From Tubulanus polymorphus (taxonomy: Eukaryota; Animalia; Nemertea): a DNA stretch of 64,000 nucleotides. The DNA lies in assembly GCF_964204645.1 (NCBI RefSeq), contig NC_134026.1, forward strand, positions 9,261,950 through 9,325,949, read 5' to 3'. The notes under the pieces were generated by a model. It saw only the letters and a program-made list of their open reading frames with translations, had not been told where the DNA came from and did not search any database. Below, piece after piece: positions 12,251 through 25,162 of this stretch (position 1 is its first letter; each line of letters opens with the position of its first letter). The position numbers and the translations under genes are program-made.

Positions 12251-15200
12251 TCAGCGTTGCTCGAAATAGACATCTCTCATAGCGCGATCACGAACAGACG
12301 AGTAGGAACTGAATTGTTTGTTGATGGGCAGACGTCTTATGGCCGTTTCTATCTTTGGCAGGTGGACATCCTCGATATAATTCGAGGACAAAAGCATGCT
12401 GCAACGAAAATTCAGTTAATGCAATGTTTAACAATTGAAAACAAATAGGGGAATCATCCACTTGTCTTGAATATAGGGGGCTATGGCTGTCACCAGAAAC
12501 ATGTGGGGAGGTCGAAATTGGTAACAACTGGAACATTAGTGAGCAATTCATTCCCCAGAGTCGGGGGTTTAGGCATCATCCTCCATGAAAATTTTGAAAA
12601 ACAGGTGCCTCAGATGGGTTTTCCAAGCATTTTAGCAGTTCTTTTAGGTTAGAAATCTACATGACCCCATGAATGGAATAAGCAGGACTTGAGTTTCAAA
12701 AAGCCACCCGACCGGGTGATGCCCATGGAGCAAGAGGTTATGAAATTATTTTCAATTCAGATGAATCTGTATTACATGATGACCTAATCAATTGCAATAC
12801 GCAGGCTCAAACCATTCCCTGCTTCAGGCATTCTGTAATTCAGTCTTGCCCATCTCTTTTTTAAAAAGTAAACTGACAAACGGACTCAATTTGTTAGTTA
12901 GGGGGAGATTTCCCATGGGGGTTATTTCCTTTTACTATGAGAAAGGGATTCACAGTGTTGCAGGCGTCGTATGGAGGATCTCGGAATAAAAACATATCCA
13001 GCTTTTAGCTAAAACACAGGAAAATTTAGGGACAGATGACTTCGTAGGCCTATATACAGAGGATAAGAGTGGACAAATTCAGCAAAAGGGTGAACCCCTT
13101 TGTAACAAGTTTAGCAAAAAGAGACAAATTAAAGAGATAAGCTTGTTCCTGTTGAAAAATATAAGTTACCGTAACTGTAAATCATCACTGCACACAGAAA
13201 AACCACGGCAAATAAAGCTAAACACAGCATCGACATGCAAAAAGGCAACCGCACTAAAAGCTGTTTTTTGCATTTCCATGATTAGAAAAAAGAAATAAAA
13301 CATTCTATAAGCATCAATCATGAATTTATTTGGCACTTAGTGAAGAAATAGATCATTCTGGTGTATTTATAACAGTAGATAAAACATCTTTTGTGAGATT
13401 TAATGAATAACACGTGTTACAGTACAACTCTTATCAAAATCTGCATAGTACAAATTTTGCTGTAATTTTTAAAACCTTTGACTCACTTAGCGCTCGCTAC
13501 TCGGAACATCATTAGTCAGGTAAAAAGTTTCTTCTTGTCCTCTCATGGAAGAAGAGGACGGAGAACTACCGACCAAGAAATTCAGCGGCCTCTAGGATTT
13601 AGAACCCTATATTGATGACATCCCGGCAGACGGCAACCTAAGAGCAATCACCTCATGATTGCTCTTATACAAAGTAACGTACCATAATCGTTATATCAGG
13701 GTTGACTGATAACACTTTTTGCACAATCCTCAAGACTAAATAACTACACAATGTAATGTATGAGTCAATTTTTGAATAATACATTACATCTAATCCCAAT
13801 AACCTAATTCAAGCGCAGTGATTTGTATCTGACTTCAAATATACACGTATATTTATATACTGTGTATTTATTTGACGTGTCATTTAAGACTGAAGGAGGG
13901 TGGTAGAAACCACCCTAAATATTTCCGTGTTTTTTTTAAATATAAACGTTTTAGTTATTCATTCTATTATCGTGGGATTTTACACTTATACATTACATTG
14001 TGCAGTTTGATTAATCAACTTATTTTATACTGTTTAATTGATTTATTGATTAATCAGCTCTCGCAGCAAAAGATCTATTCTAAGGTATGGGTGTGATATC
14101 ATTTCGGCATTGGTGATGAAATTTCTTTCTGCAGCAGATCAATTGTAGAAAAATGAAGGAAAGAAAAGGCGAGAAAGTGGAGGTAATGTATTTTTTTTCG
14201 AAGACAGACAGGAGTAGAAGAGCTAGACATGGCAGAGATATTGCTGATCTGGAAAGCGAGTTGAAATTGACCTGAGCAAAGCAGCGGTTATAAACCAATC
14301 CCAAATATAGATGGCTACTTTCACAAAATGAATTTCATTAATTCCAAGGCAGCTTCCTATTAATTGCCATAGCCTTGTTCTTATCAAATGTCATATCGGA
14401 GCTACAGCCAACTTTTCAGGATAGGTCTCGTGGTGAGAAGTTTGCGAAAACGTGCGATTGTTAAATTAAAGAAATGAAAATTAAATACAGAACGCGGGAA
14501 ATGAGTTTAAAACGCAAGGCACGTTCACACTACTTTATTTAGATATCTAAATTCTATATAATTTAGCCCATAATTCGGTATAAGTTCCACCCCTTCCAAT
14601 TTGAAACGGACTCGGCTTGCAAAAAGTCCAAATTGGTCTCTTTCATTTTAGAACAATCTAAAAGACTGATCCAGGTCACAGACTTAATCTGGTCGGAAAC
14701 TGGTTACAGGTCCGTTCTAAATCGTACTCTGCGGTATGAATTCAATTATGATAAACTTTTCAGATTTCAAATGATTTCTGTACTGCCTAAATACTTACTA
14801 ACGGATTTTTATTCATCTTATAATCTGTCTATTGCATGCGTGTTGCTTGCTAAGTATCTGTTTTCATTGTTTTGAAAATGTCCTAGAATTTACCATAGAA
14901 TGTGTTCAGAAAGGCCTAGGCCTACATGATGAACTGCAATCATCAAAATCGTCAGGGTCTCATAAATCTACCATCTAGATATAGATATCCTGGTATAATA
15001 CTCATGACGTCTTACTGGACCAGTCAAAACTATCGGTAGCCAATTTAGTGACGCATGTTCGATCGGGCACTCTGATTCGGTCCGTTCCCACCTATTTTGA
15101 ATCTAACTAGGGGTAGTGTGAACGCGGCTTTAAACTCCTCTTTGTTAAAAATAAGAATAAAATCTGTTGCAAAAGAAAACAGGACTCCAAAAATAATCCA

Positions 15201-17144
15201 GTAATACCGAATTGATTGATTTGAAATGGATATTCACTGCAGACACCACACCCATACTTACAGAGCTTGCTTTTTGAACGTTTCTTCGGCTGGAACGGGT
15301 AACACGAAATGGTTGACGCGAGGGATGAATCCGCTCTTATCTCGGTAATTTTCTCTGTGAGACTGCGCTTGCTGCAAGTACAAAACGAATAGATGAATAT
15401 CAACTGTTTAATCATATCCGTCCTGTTTTCATACAGAATGTAGCAACGTACTGACACAGTTTTTGGCTGAAGTTAGTTCAAACCCAATTGAAACAAAACT
15501 TTTGTCAGTGTAGCCGACTGGCTTATCAATGCATATTTGAGTCCATAATAGGCCTACAATTGGAAAAATATGTTCACTTAATTTAAATTCAGGCAATTAT
15601 TTTAATTTAGACCAAAATAATACCTTCCAATTAAAGATATAGGCCTACAGTGAACTCCCGATACCGCTACCCCGCCTAAGGCCAGGTTTTCTCAATGTAC
15701 ATCTCTATACAAATACATAGTAAAACACCCCTGATATACCGCCATACTCTCTATACCGCCAACATCGTTCTGCACCAATGTGAGCGGTATATCAGGGATT
15801 AACACTGAACATCCAAGCCTACCTTATCAAATCGCTTTATTTCATCATTTCGATCGTGATGTATGTTGCTTAGCTCATACGACGGGGCGTGCAGGAATCT
15901 ATCTCTGGTTCTAGTTCGATTGCTGATCACGAGAGTCGGATCGTGGGTGTAGTACGTCGGAAACTGACCGCCGCGCTCGTATGGACTTTTCGAACTGTTC
16001 AAGGCCTGAGATCTGTAATCTTGGAAATACTTGGCAGTCGCGTGGCCATATGTTTCGCCGTAGTCAAACTTCGTGGTTGGACAATGCCCCTTATATCTAC
16101 CGGGTAGAGAACAATATATGGAGATTACAAATAATAATAATAATAATGATAATAATAATAACAAGAATAAGTATTCTATAGGCCTACAGCGCTAAATCCA
16201 GCTTTTAAAAACTGCTTAATGCTTTACATTTATAAAAGCCTCATTAAAGAGGAAATGTTTAAGTTGTTTCCTGAAGATCTCCAGAGATATTTCATTTTTG
16301 TATCTAGTGTCAGTGAGATAAAGGCAGAAGAACGGAGAGGATTAATAATTGATATATAAGAGTTTTCATTTTCCAACAAAAATACTAAAGGAAGTGGAAT
16401 CTTATGCCGATGCAGCATTATTTTCTTAGCATTATTGGGCTGGCCTCTATATAATAAAAGTCATTATACAGTAATGTTAAAGATAGCCTAGGGTTAAGTT
16501 ATGTTTAGGGGGTTCAGGTTTATTATCAGTTAGGGTTAGGATAGTAATTATCTAAAATGATCAATGGTTTGCAAATGCAAGGGCCTGAATTTTCTTGAAA
16601 TCATTGAATTTTTCGAGCACCTGACTGCCAAATGTTGATTTAAGGCAAAAGTAAAACTGTACATTGTAAATGTCAGCCTAAGTAACAAATATGAGCCACC
16701 AATCTGTATCTGTAGATGTACATAGCCGCATTCAAAATTTACACTAACGGCGATGGTGGGAGAGAGCGACAAGCTTAGCAATGAATAGTCTAGTACCTAG
16801 CCGTTACAACGATTGGTATTCAGACTAAGCAATGAAATGATCTGATCAGACTTTTCACTGATTGATTTAAAAAATACTCTACGGACTGAGAGGAGCCTGT
16901 CATGTTTTGGACTGGATGGAAAGGAGGCAGCATAGCAAACCAGGCTTCAGGTGACTCAGTGAGACAGTTCATGAGTTGGAAGCCAGAGAAGCAAGAGTAG
17001 GAGAGGATCGAACGTCGTCGAACGAAGAAAAACATAAATTTTTTAACAACAGAAGTCGAAGACATTTTCCTACCCTGGCATCAAACTCGGAGGTATATAA
17101 GTGGCATTGTGTGTGGTTATCAATGTTCCAGCAGATCGAGACAT
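12251..17144 (-). CDS. CIMIP2C: Ciliary microtubule inner protein 2C (FAM166C/C2orf70, UPF0573), 200 aa, 4 exons
   Basis: Exons 17144-17074, 16096-15823, 15371-15262 and 12398-12251 are all GT-AG and in frame (603 nt). Protein: [44 protein letters not shown]...[14 protein letters not shown]...[13 protein letters not shown]. It carries the PGYxG (FAM166/DUF2475) motif. Confidence 0.9.
14882..15085. repeat. Dispersed repeat, also at ~45198-45400
   Basis: Collinear similarity CCTAGAAT.TA.CATAGA...TACATGAT.AACTGCAAT...CAGGG..CTC.TAAATCTA...CACTCTGATT.GGTCC. Confidence 0.65.
15648..15807. mobile_element. Tc1/mariner/pogo-type MITE in CIMIP2C intron 2
   Basis: TA-CAGTGAACTCCCGATACCGC at the left; GCGGTATATCAGGGATTAACACTG at the right; internal ATACCGC repeats. 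Confidence 0.55.
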
Positions 17145-17248
17145 CTTAATCAAAGTATGTGCTTGAGCTCGGTGGTTTGGTCTAATTTAAACTAACGACA
17201 ACATCTGACAAACTATTACTATTGAAATATTGTGTTCATCTTCGCCAT

Positions 17249-17263
17249 GTTTACTATGACAAC
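17249..17263 (-). promoter_or_regulatory. RFX X-box candidate upstream of the ciliary gene CIMIP2C
   Basis: Minus strand GTTGTCATAGTAAAC, ~105 bp upstream of the ATG. It resembles the X-box GTTGCCATGGCAAC that drives ciliary genes. Confidence 0.55.
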
Positions 17264-18467
17264 ATGACGCTATACGGACAGCGGACCGGATTTACTCACT
17301 TGCCATGGTTGGAACCAAATTACTTTATTGTTTCTGTGTCGTAGTATCGGGCATTTTGAAGATACAGATACAGATGGACATACCAACTTCAAGTCCATAC
17401 ATAAGAAAAACTAAGAAAAAAGTTGTTTATAGAAGCTGAGACGAAAAAAATATATTCAGGCCTTGTATAACACTGGAATTAAATCGGGGCGGATCCCAGC
17501 GCGGCGGACCATATCGACCATGAAAAAGGGCTCTTTTTGTAAAATATGACTTTAGAAAAAATTGCCTTTTTGGATAAGAATATATGTCTTTTTTCAATGT
17601 TTCTCCGCATGACCCTGGTGCCTTTTTACTTAAAACTGCCCGTTTTGGACAAGAAATTATGCCATTTCGTTTCCGCATTACACTGGTGCACCGTCTTATT
17701 CTTTAAAATGCGGTTTTGGAGAAGGAAATGCCTTCTTCAAACTTTTCTCGCAAGCTCTATTCGCATACTACGGAGCAGGATTAAATCGGCTATTCGAATT
17801 AGTTACTTCGAAAATCGGCTACTGCGTCGTTTTTGGAGCCCGACTCGAACGCAAAAACGAAAAATTTCAAATAAGTAGACCATTTCAGAAACGCATTGTA
17901 AAATTCATTTTTAAGTGTTGTAAAATCCACAATGAATTGTTAAACCTAGATTTTTCGATTTAACTGTTTCTTGACAGCGTTGAGCAGAAATATCTTCAAC
18001 TGCCACGCTGCCCGCAAGCATGTGTGGTGCGTATTCGAAAAACTTGTGCGATTTGCAAAACGTAGTTTTCGAAAGGTTCAGCTTTGTTAATAAAGGAAAA
18101 TTAATTAATCTAAGTGATATCCAAAAAACAGGCAAGGTGTATCATTGAGCCTATTAAATCTAAACGACTATGTCAATTTTTGCGTAGGCTAGCCCCGATT
18201 ACCACCCTGTATGGCTGTACGGGCATTTAAACAACGAATCAAGATTCGGATAAGGGTATATTTCATTCATATCTACCGAGCGTACTCTAATCTTTCTGAT
18301 AGATATCACGTATCGATATATTGATCCTTGAATAAGTAGAACATGTGATGCAGGTGACTTTTTTTCGTTCATCGGGAATGTACGGTATCATAGTTTATCG
18401 ATACCAGCTGCTTCTCGTTTCACGATCGTCGTATCGAGGGAAAAATCATCAACAGCCGTCAGCGAAA

Positions 18468-21400
18468 ATGGTAAGTTTTCTAATTAATTTTGCATAATTA
18501 CCAAATTAATTGACGATGAGATAAAAAGTTTGTCCCTCGTAATTGCTTACCAATTCTTGTGTTTAGACTTAGTTCGTGTATCAAAATAGTTTATAAGTTT
18601 TATGGTTTAGTTTACACAAATATACGATTAAGCGCGGGAGATATTCAACAGTAAGTTGCCCAATTATGTTTGATATCACAATTTTGCATAGACTTTCATG
18701 TATATTTTTCACTTTGAATCTCTTTGAGAAATAATCTCAAGAGTCAAGAGCGAGTCATCAATTCAATCAAAAACCTATTGGTTCTTACCGGCTTATGGTT
18801 ACCGTTAAAAACGCCCGACTGAAAAAAAAAGTTTCGACGTACACTAACTGTAAATGTCCACTAGTTTCGGTACGTCTTTGTGATCGTTATTATGCCGAAA
18901 TGTTCGTACATATGTAAGTACCGTGCGCTCGTCCCCATAAAGCCGCATAAAGTAAATGGCGCAAAATTATTTACAGAAAACGTTCGGTACTTTTTGTCTG
19001 GTTGCCCAGTTTGTACTCTTGCACGCTGCAATGGACATCGACCCCGATGCCAAGTACGAGGATTTGTGTCAGGACGTAGACAAGGAAAATAAGGAAATAG
19101 CTGCGTCTTCCGATAAGAATATTCCAAAAAGTGTGAATTATGTCGGTACGAAACTATACTATTGAATACCTTCATCCGGGTAACGTTCGTCTGCTAAAAT
19201 AACAATGATTTCACGAAGTTTTCGAAACAATCATTTTAAGTTCTCGATCAATAATCGAACATCGGAGTAACTTAAATTAACTGTCAACAATTTTTCTCTC
19301 GGTAATAGGTGTTGGTTTTAACGTCATTCGCGCCACCCCTGACCCCGAGGAGGCAAGGATGTCGGGAGGAGTGGAGGCCGGGGTTTTGTACACTCGTCGC
19401 ATATTCAAAATGACTTACAAAAAGAAACGTACATCAGTCGATAACAGGTAGAATAAAGATTTCTTTTTGTCACCGGCTTCGTTCGTTAATAAACTAAACA
19501 GTTAAAGTTACAGTTTATTTGACAAACCCAAGGTCTACACTTTAGACAAGAGTGAAAAATAGAACAATATTTGAAATAACGATGGGAGGTGTTCCGATCA
19601 TTTTTTTTAGATGTTGACCTAGCGCGTTAGTTTTTGATCGAAGGTGGCGTTCATAGAATATGCGACTACCTTCTAGAAATATCTAGTTGATGGGCTTCAT
19701 ATTCAATTCAAGTCCAGTTTTCCATTGCTCAATTAATGTAAAATAGACGCAGAGACATTTTTCATCAAGCCGGACGCACACACCAGTCGGAATATCCGTT
19801 TCCAAAAGATATCCATTTTGGCTCGTCTTTGTTCCGCGGCACTAGAAAATAAACAAAAACATTGCCAAAAATCTTATAGAATGTTTGCGGAAAGCAAAAC
19901 GTTTTATGTGTCCTGTTTTTGCATTCTGTTTGCACCCGGCTTTACTGATCAAAGGTCGGACGACTTTCCGATCGGTTTGTTTTTTGACACAATAATTTCG
20001 TTCTATTGTAGCGTGCAGTTACCAGATCAGATTGAGTTCGCGACACTTCGACAATGTACGAAGAATCAGGCGATGTACTACGACGCTCGAAGTTACAAAA
20101 AATCAAGTAAAAACGAAATTAAAATGAAAGGTGAAATACTATGGTATCAATATCCATCTCAAAACTCTTATACTGTCTTACACTTTTTTAAATCTCAAAG
20201 TAGGGATTGACCCTGTTATTCATTTGATTAGCGTAGATTTCGTTTGACTTGATTTGACTTGAGATTGTTTTCCCTTACAAACCCACCACACCTGTCGAGA
20301 GTGAAACAGGGGGTTCGATATAAATATCGGAAATCGAAGTACAGATATAGTTGCGTGATCGGTGGTCGAAATTACAGCATTTTCTATTAAATCGAAGTAC
20401 ATGATCTGAAATTAAAGTTCCAGTGGTCATGCACTTTTAGCCACTAAGATTTCAGAAGTAATTTCTAATTTCGATTCGATTTTAGGTGAAGCAGGTGTTA
20501 CGGCTCCTTTTATGGAAGCAGCTTTCTCAGCGCGAGCAGGTGCATCATTTGCCTCTTAATGAAATCTGCTAATTTTAAGTAACTTATTTCAACTACATAG
20601 ACCTACAATGTTCAAAATTCTAGGTATCCAAAATAACAAGAACGCGCGCGGAATGAATTCGAAAGTTACATTTGAGAAGAAAACGGCCTGCGAGTTAGAA
20701 TTAGTGCGCTATCGCGAGTCGTTGGTGTCAAAACACGGTTACAAACTTACTGAAGATTTCTACGAAGCGATGTGTAAGTTGCCCGCTAAATTTGACGAGG
20801 ACTCAGAAGAAGAATACTTGCGGATAATGGAAAACTGGGGAACGGTGAGTTCACTAATTACTATACATTAGTTAGTAAATCATGGATGGCTACATTATTT
20901 CTTATGTAACGTCTGATACATGGATAAGTTTGTAAATTGGCTGACGTTCTGAATGCGGGAAAATCGATGTTAACGAACTTGAGCGTGTGCAAATAAACGA
21001 AGAGCAGTATGGAAAAGATACTTAACATCCAGGTGATATGGCATCTGCATTTTGTAGTACTTGACATTATGTTTGTTACCTTACATTACTCTGAATATCC
21101 CGGAGTAATAAAAAGAGTCCGAAATTCTTCCTTCAGCTAATCGTATATTTGACGTTTCTTTTATCTTCAGGAATACCGAAATATTTTTGACTTTTTATTC
21201 TTAGTGAGGGATTTTATATAATCTTTACAACACGGATAGAGTTATCTCTCATTGATTAATCTTTCCTTTTTCAATTTGTGAATCCCTTATATCTGTATCT
21301 CAACATCGCTTTAGAATTTGCTAGTTCAGCACTTACGGACAATTCATTCTTTATTCAGCGGTGCTCTGGAATTCGTTTTATGCAAAACTTAGGCCCTGGT

Positions 21401-23713
21401 AGTGATTATGCCCATCAAGGACCATTTTAGCCATCATAATTCATTTTTCCCTCTCATTTCCATATCATCTTTTCTTGCATTGACTTCTTCCATGTTAAAA
21501 TGATATATTATTTTTATTTTCAATTGTATATTCAGCACGTAACGTTAGGCATAGTTGCCGGGTTCAAACGGGTTGAGAAATCTGTCGCTACTAGGAAAGA
21601 AGTAATGACCTACGCAGTTAGTAATGTAAGTAGACTTGAAATGAACGACTGCAACTTCTGCCATTTTCCGTAACTTTTCTGATTTGATTATCATATCACC
21701 GCCAGATACAATCGTCAGTAAACGTGAAGGCAACGTACAATGGCGGAAAAGCTGGACTCAATTTTGATATGAAGAAAATTGAAAAAAGTTCGGATGCCAT
21801 GAACGCTTTTTCCAAATCTCAGGATATCACGTGTTTCGGTAACAGGAAAAATCCATCTGTACTTTCGGTAACGCTGGAACCGATATCCATCGCTTTAAAG
21901 GTAAAACACAGGAAAACGCTAGAGAATAACAATTAATTTTTGTTTAGTTGCGGGCGCGAAGACTGCTAACTAATGCTTTTCGCCAAAAGTTTTGGCCGTT
22001 ACCTTAGTTGAAACCTATCTAATCTTTTGATCGTCAGTTTCTATAACGATACAAAATTCCCTTGAATTTCTAAGTCGGAGGAACTACTTGTAGCAAAACA
22101 TTCGACGTAGCTCTTAATATGCGTGTAATTTACTTGTATTTATTTTTACGTACCAATTTTAGCCAGAGTTTTGGCAAGGTGAAACATGTTTGACGAACCA
22201 TTCGGAATTGAGTGTGAGGCACCAATCGATGAAAGATGCTTTGAATAAGTTCCCTATATTGAAAGACATTAAACTCCAAAAAGGTGAATTTTCCAACGAG
22301 GCAATAATTTTCATTGATCGTAGAAATAAACTTTAAAGAATCTGGACCGTACTGTAATCAGTTCCATAGTTGAGAATTTGAGAGTTATATCCGATTTCCA
22401 AACATCCGAGTTGAACGGTAATGTCCGAGTTGATAGGATCCTACTGTATTCAAATTCTAATCGTTGAATTAGACCCAGAAGATCCACAATTGTTTATTGA
22501 ATCTTTTATTGATATCTTTAAAACTGATAGATGGATCATTTACGCCGTTAATGTTTTCTGATATCATTCGAATCATTTCGTTTTGCAAATTCGACAGACG
22601 AAAGTGTTGTATCGATAGCTCTGCAGTGGCCGGCTGGTCTGTACGGGCTTCCCCATCCGAAAACCGGCTGCCCAAAGAAAAGCGATGGATTTAAATGGAA
22701 GAAAGGTAAACGGATTCATGCCACTGGAAAAAAGAACAAGTGGACTGAAAATGCACATTTCGGTGGGAAATTTTCCAAATCAACGATGGAGCAAGCCTTT
22801 TGCGTGAAAACCAAACAAACTCCTAATGCATTGTCCTGGCCTCAGGGCAAATACTGCATTTACCAGTCTCAGAAAATCTGTCCAGCTGGTAAGTATCTAC
22901 TAAATTAATTTAGTTTCCAGCAGCTTTTACTATACTGCCTTCAGGGGTATACTCAGGAAGTCCGTCAGGTCAGATTGCGTGTACTCGCGAGGTTACTCGA
23001 GGTTTATATCGTCAGTATGTTGGTACGCATCTAAAAATACGAATAAATCATTTATTGCCCCATCTTTGAGAAATTGGTCATCGAGAAATTATAACTATCC
23101 AAATATTCATATTCACTGTCACAAAATGTTGGTGTTAAGCTTTTGGTATCTTAATCGGTATAAATTCCGATCAATGTTGATATCAAGCCATTGTTTTTCA
23201 GTTTTTTTGTCCCTACTGTTTCCAATGTGAACAAAATCCGGAAATTTACACCGGTATTTGTCCAACGCGATAACATTTTACAGGTCCCAGGGGAGTCTAA
23301 TTCTAACATTGACACGTGAATAATCCTGTTTTCGGTTCTATCTAGGTTTACAGACCGGTTGGGTATACTGGGATGAAAACGGCGACGACGCCGAGATAGA
23401 AGGGGAAGTTCCTTACGGCAAATACGAGCAGAAATCTACTAACATCTCGTTCTGCTGCAGAAACGACGGCTACGCTTCTAATGACATCTACTTGCCAACA
23501 GAGAAACCGTTCTATCTATTCCCCACCTCGCACCAATGTCAAGCCGTAAACGGTATGACATCGAGCAAGGAGTACTTCAGGTGGGATGATGCCGATATCT
23601 TCAATGATAACTCCCGCGGTGGTTCGACACCTAGTATGAAAGGTGATACCAATCACAAAAATACGAGGATCTATTTCTGTTATTACACACCTGGGGCAAA
23701 CTCAGATGAATAA
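18468..23713 (+). CDS. Secreted apextrin-like protein: signal peptide + MACPF + C-terminal ApeC domain, 589 aa, 11 exons
   Basis: Exons 18468-18470, 18977-19145, 19309-19447, 20012-20130, 20486-20539, 20624-20844, 21536-21625, 21706-21900, 22163-22283, 22598-22888 and 23346-23713 are GT-AG and in frame (1770 nt). Hydrophobic N-terminus MKTFGTFCLVAQFVLLHAA. MACPF motifs YVGVGFNVI, LPDQI and ENWGTHV. ApeC motifs WPAGLYGLPHPKTGCP, WPQGKYCIY, FCCRNDG, LPTEKPFYL and IYFCYY with 8 Cys. AATAAA at 23734. Confidence 0.9.
20197..20415. repeat. Dispersed repeat family (copies at ~52280-52490 same strand, ~43079-43145 inverted)
   Basis: Shared AAGTAGGGATTG.CCCTGTTATT...CCCTTACA.ACCCACCACACCT...GAAACAGGGGGTT...GAAATCGAAGTACAGATATAGTTGCGTGA. 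Confidence 0.8.
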
Positions 23714-23926
23714 CTTGAGAAGTGATTTTTGAAAATAAAGTCATGTCAAACGAAGAATCCTCTTGCATATAGCACTTATGTCCAATTAATGGAGTTTTTG
23801 TCAATAAGTCTCTACTTTAACCCTTGTACAGTCAAGGGTCATTCTCAATTCAAGTAATCCTCAACTTTGTTAGAAAATGCAAGGCTAAAAGAATTGATAT
23901 CGTGTTTCTCATTTCTGAGCTTATAA

Positions 23927-24100
23927 GGGATGATTAATTTATAACGTACGTATTAGGGGAGGGGGAGAGGTCAGTGCAATTGCATACTTTAATGCTTAAT
24001 GTATATGAAAAAATGGCCGATTTTGCATACGGTGGGGGGGGGGGAGGGGGCAGAAAAAGTCTTATAAGATTTTATGCGTACATAATAAATGAATGATCCC
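23927..24100. mobile_element. PIF/Harbinger-type MITE, 174 bp, TAA target duplication
   Basis: TAA|GGGATGATTAATTTATAACGTACG ... CGTACATAATAAATGAATGATCCC|TAA. Confidence 0.75.
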
Positions 24101-25162
24101 TAAGTTGACCCGGCTGGCTGCATACATACTGTGCATTACTTTTCTTATCCTGACCAAGCTAATCATAACAGACCCGGCAGCTATAGAAATGAACTGATTA
24201 CAAATTTCATTGCAATGTACTAAATGACCTGGCCGATTAGGAGAAACAAGGTATCATTTTTTAGCATAAGACCATAATAGGATGTACCAGTCTACCAAGA
24301 GAAATCCATTCTAACCCAAACACTTTGATGAAAAAATATAAGGAGAATCCAAGTGATAAAAGTCTATGAATTTGAACATTTTCAAATAAAGAATTTATTC
24401 AATGTAATTAGATTTTCACAGTTGTTTAGTTCCAGTAGTCCTCGGCCAGGGCGCAGTTTTATAGACAGAAATTTGCTCCAAACTAACACCAAGGCCCAAT
24501 TTGATGAAAGAGTTTCTAAGATTTGAGATGGTTATAAGTTTTTATTGTTGGGTTTAAAGATAAGAAATACATGTAAACTTATAGCATTTAACCGAGGGGA
24601 CCAAAAACCAACACGAGCAGTCTTACCAATACAATGTATTAAAATTTTGTGGCCAGTCACTGAAAAGTTGGTTTGGGTTAACCAGTAAATGGTTGAATTG
24701 TTTACAATTTACAGGGTTCATAGCTGCTATAACCGATCAAATTCCATGACTTTCAATGACTTCTTTTGCCCAATTCCATGACTCTTCATTCAACTTCCAC
24801 GACTTATGTTAAATTTTCATATTAGTCAGATCATCTTCAAAGCATATTACATTTCTAATTCAGCTACGTCGGTGAGTGCCATAAGTGCAAACACCAAATA
24901 GTTGAGTTGGGGGAGCTTTGCTCCTAAAACTTTTGAAAATGTAATACATGGACAAGCAATCTAACAGCTCAAAATATGACTGTTATCAATCCAATTGTTA
25001 TCTTAAACACACTTTTGAGCGATATGACCACAAAACGACTGCCTTCTAAGGCTAAGACTTCGCGAGGCTGACACTCAACCCTATGAATTGGCCCAATGAA
25101 TGAAAAAAACAAATGGAATGATCTTGCACCAATAACACGATCGGATGATAGTTTAATGTTTT

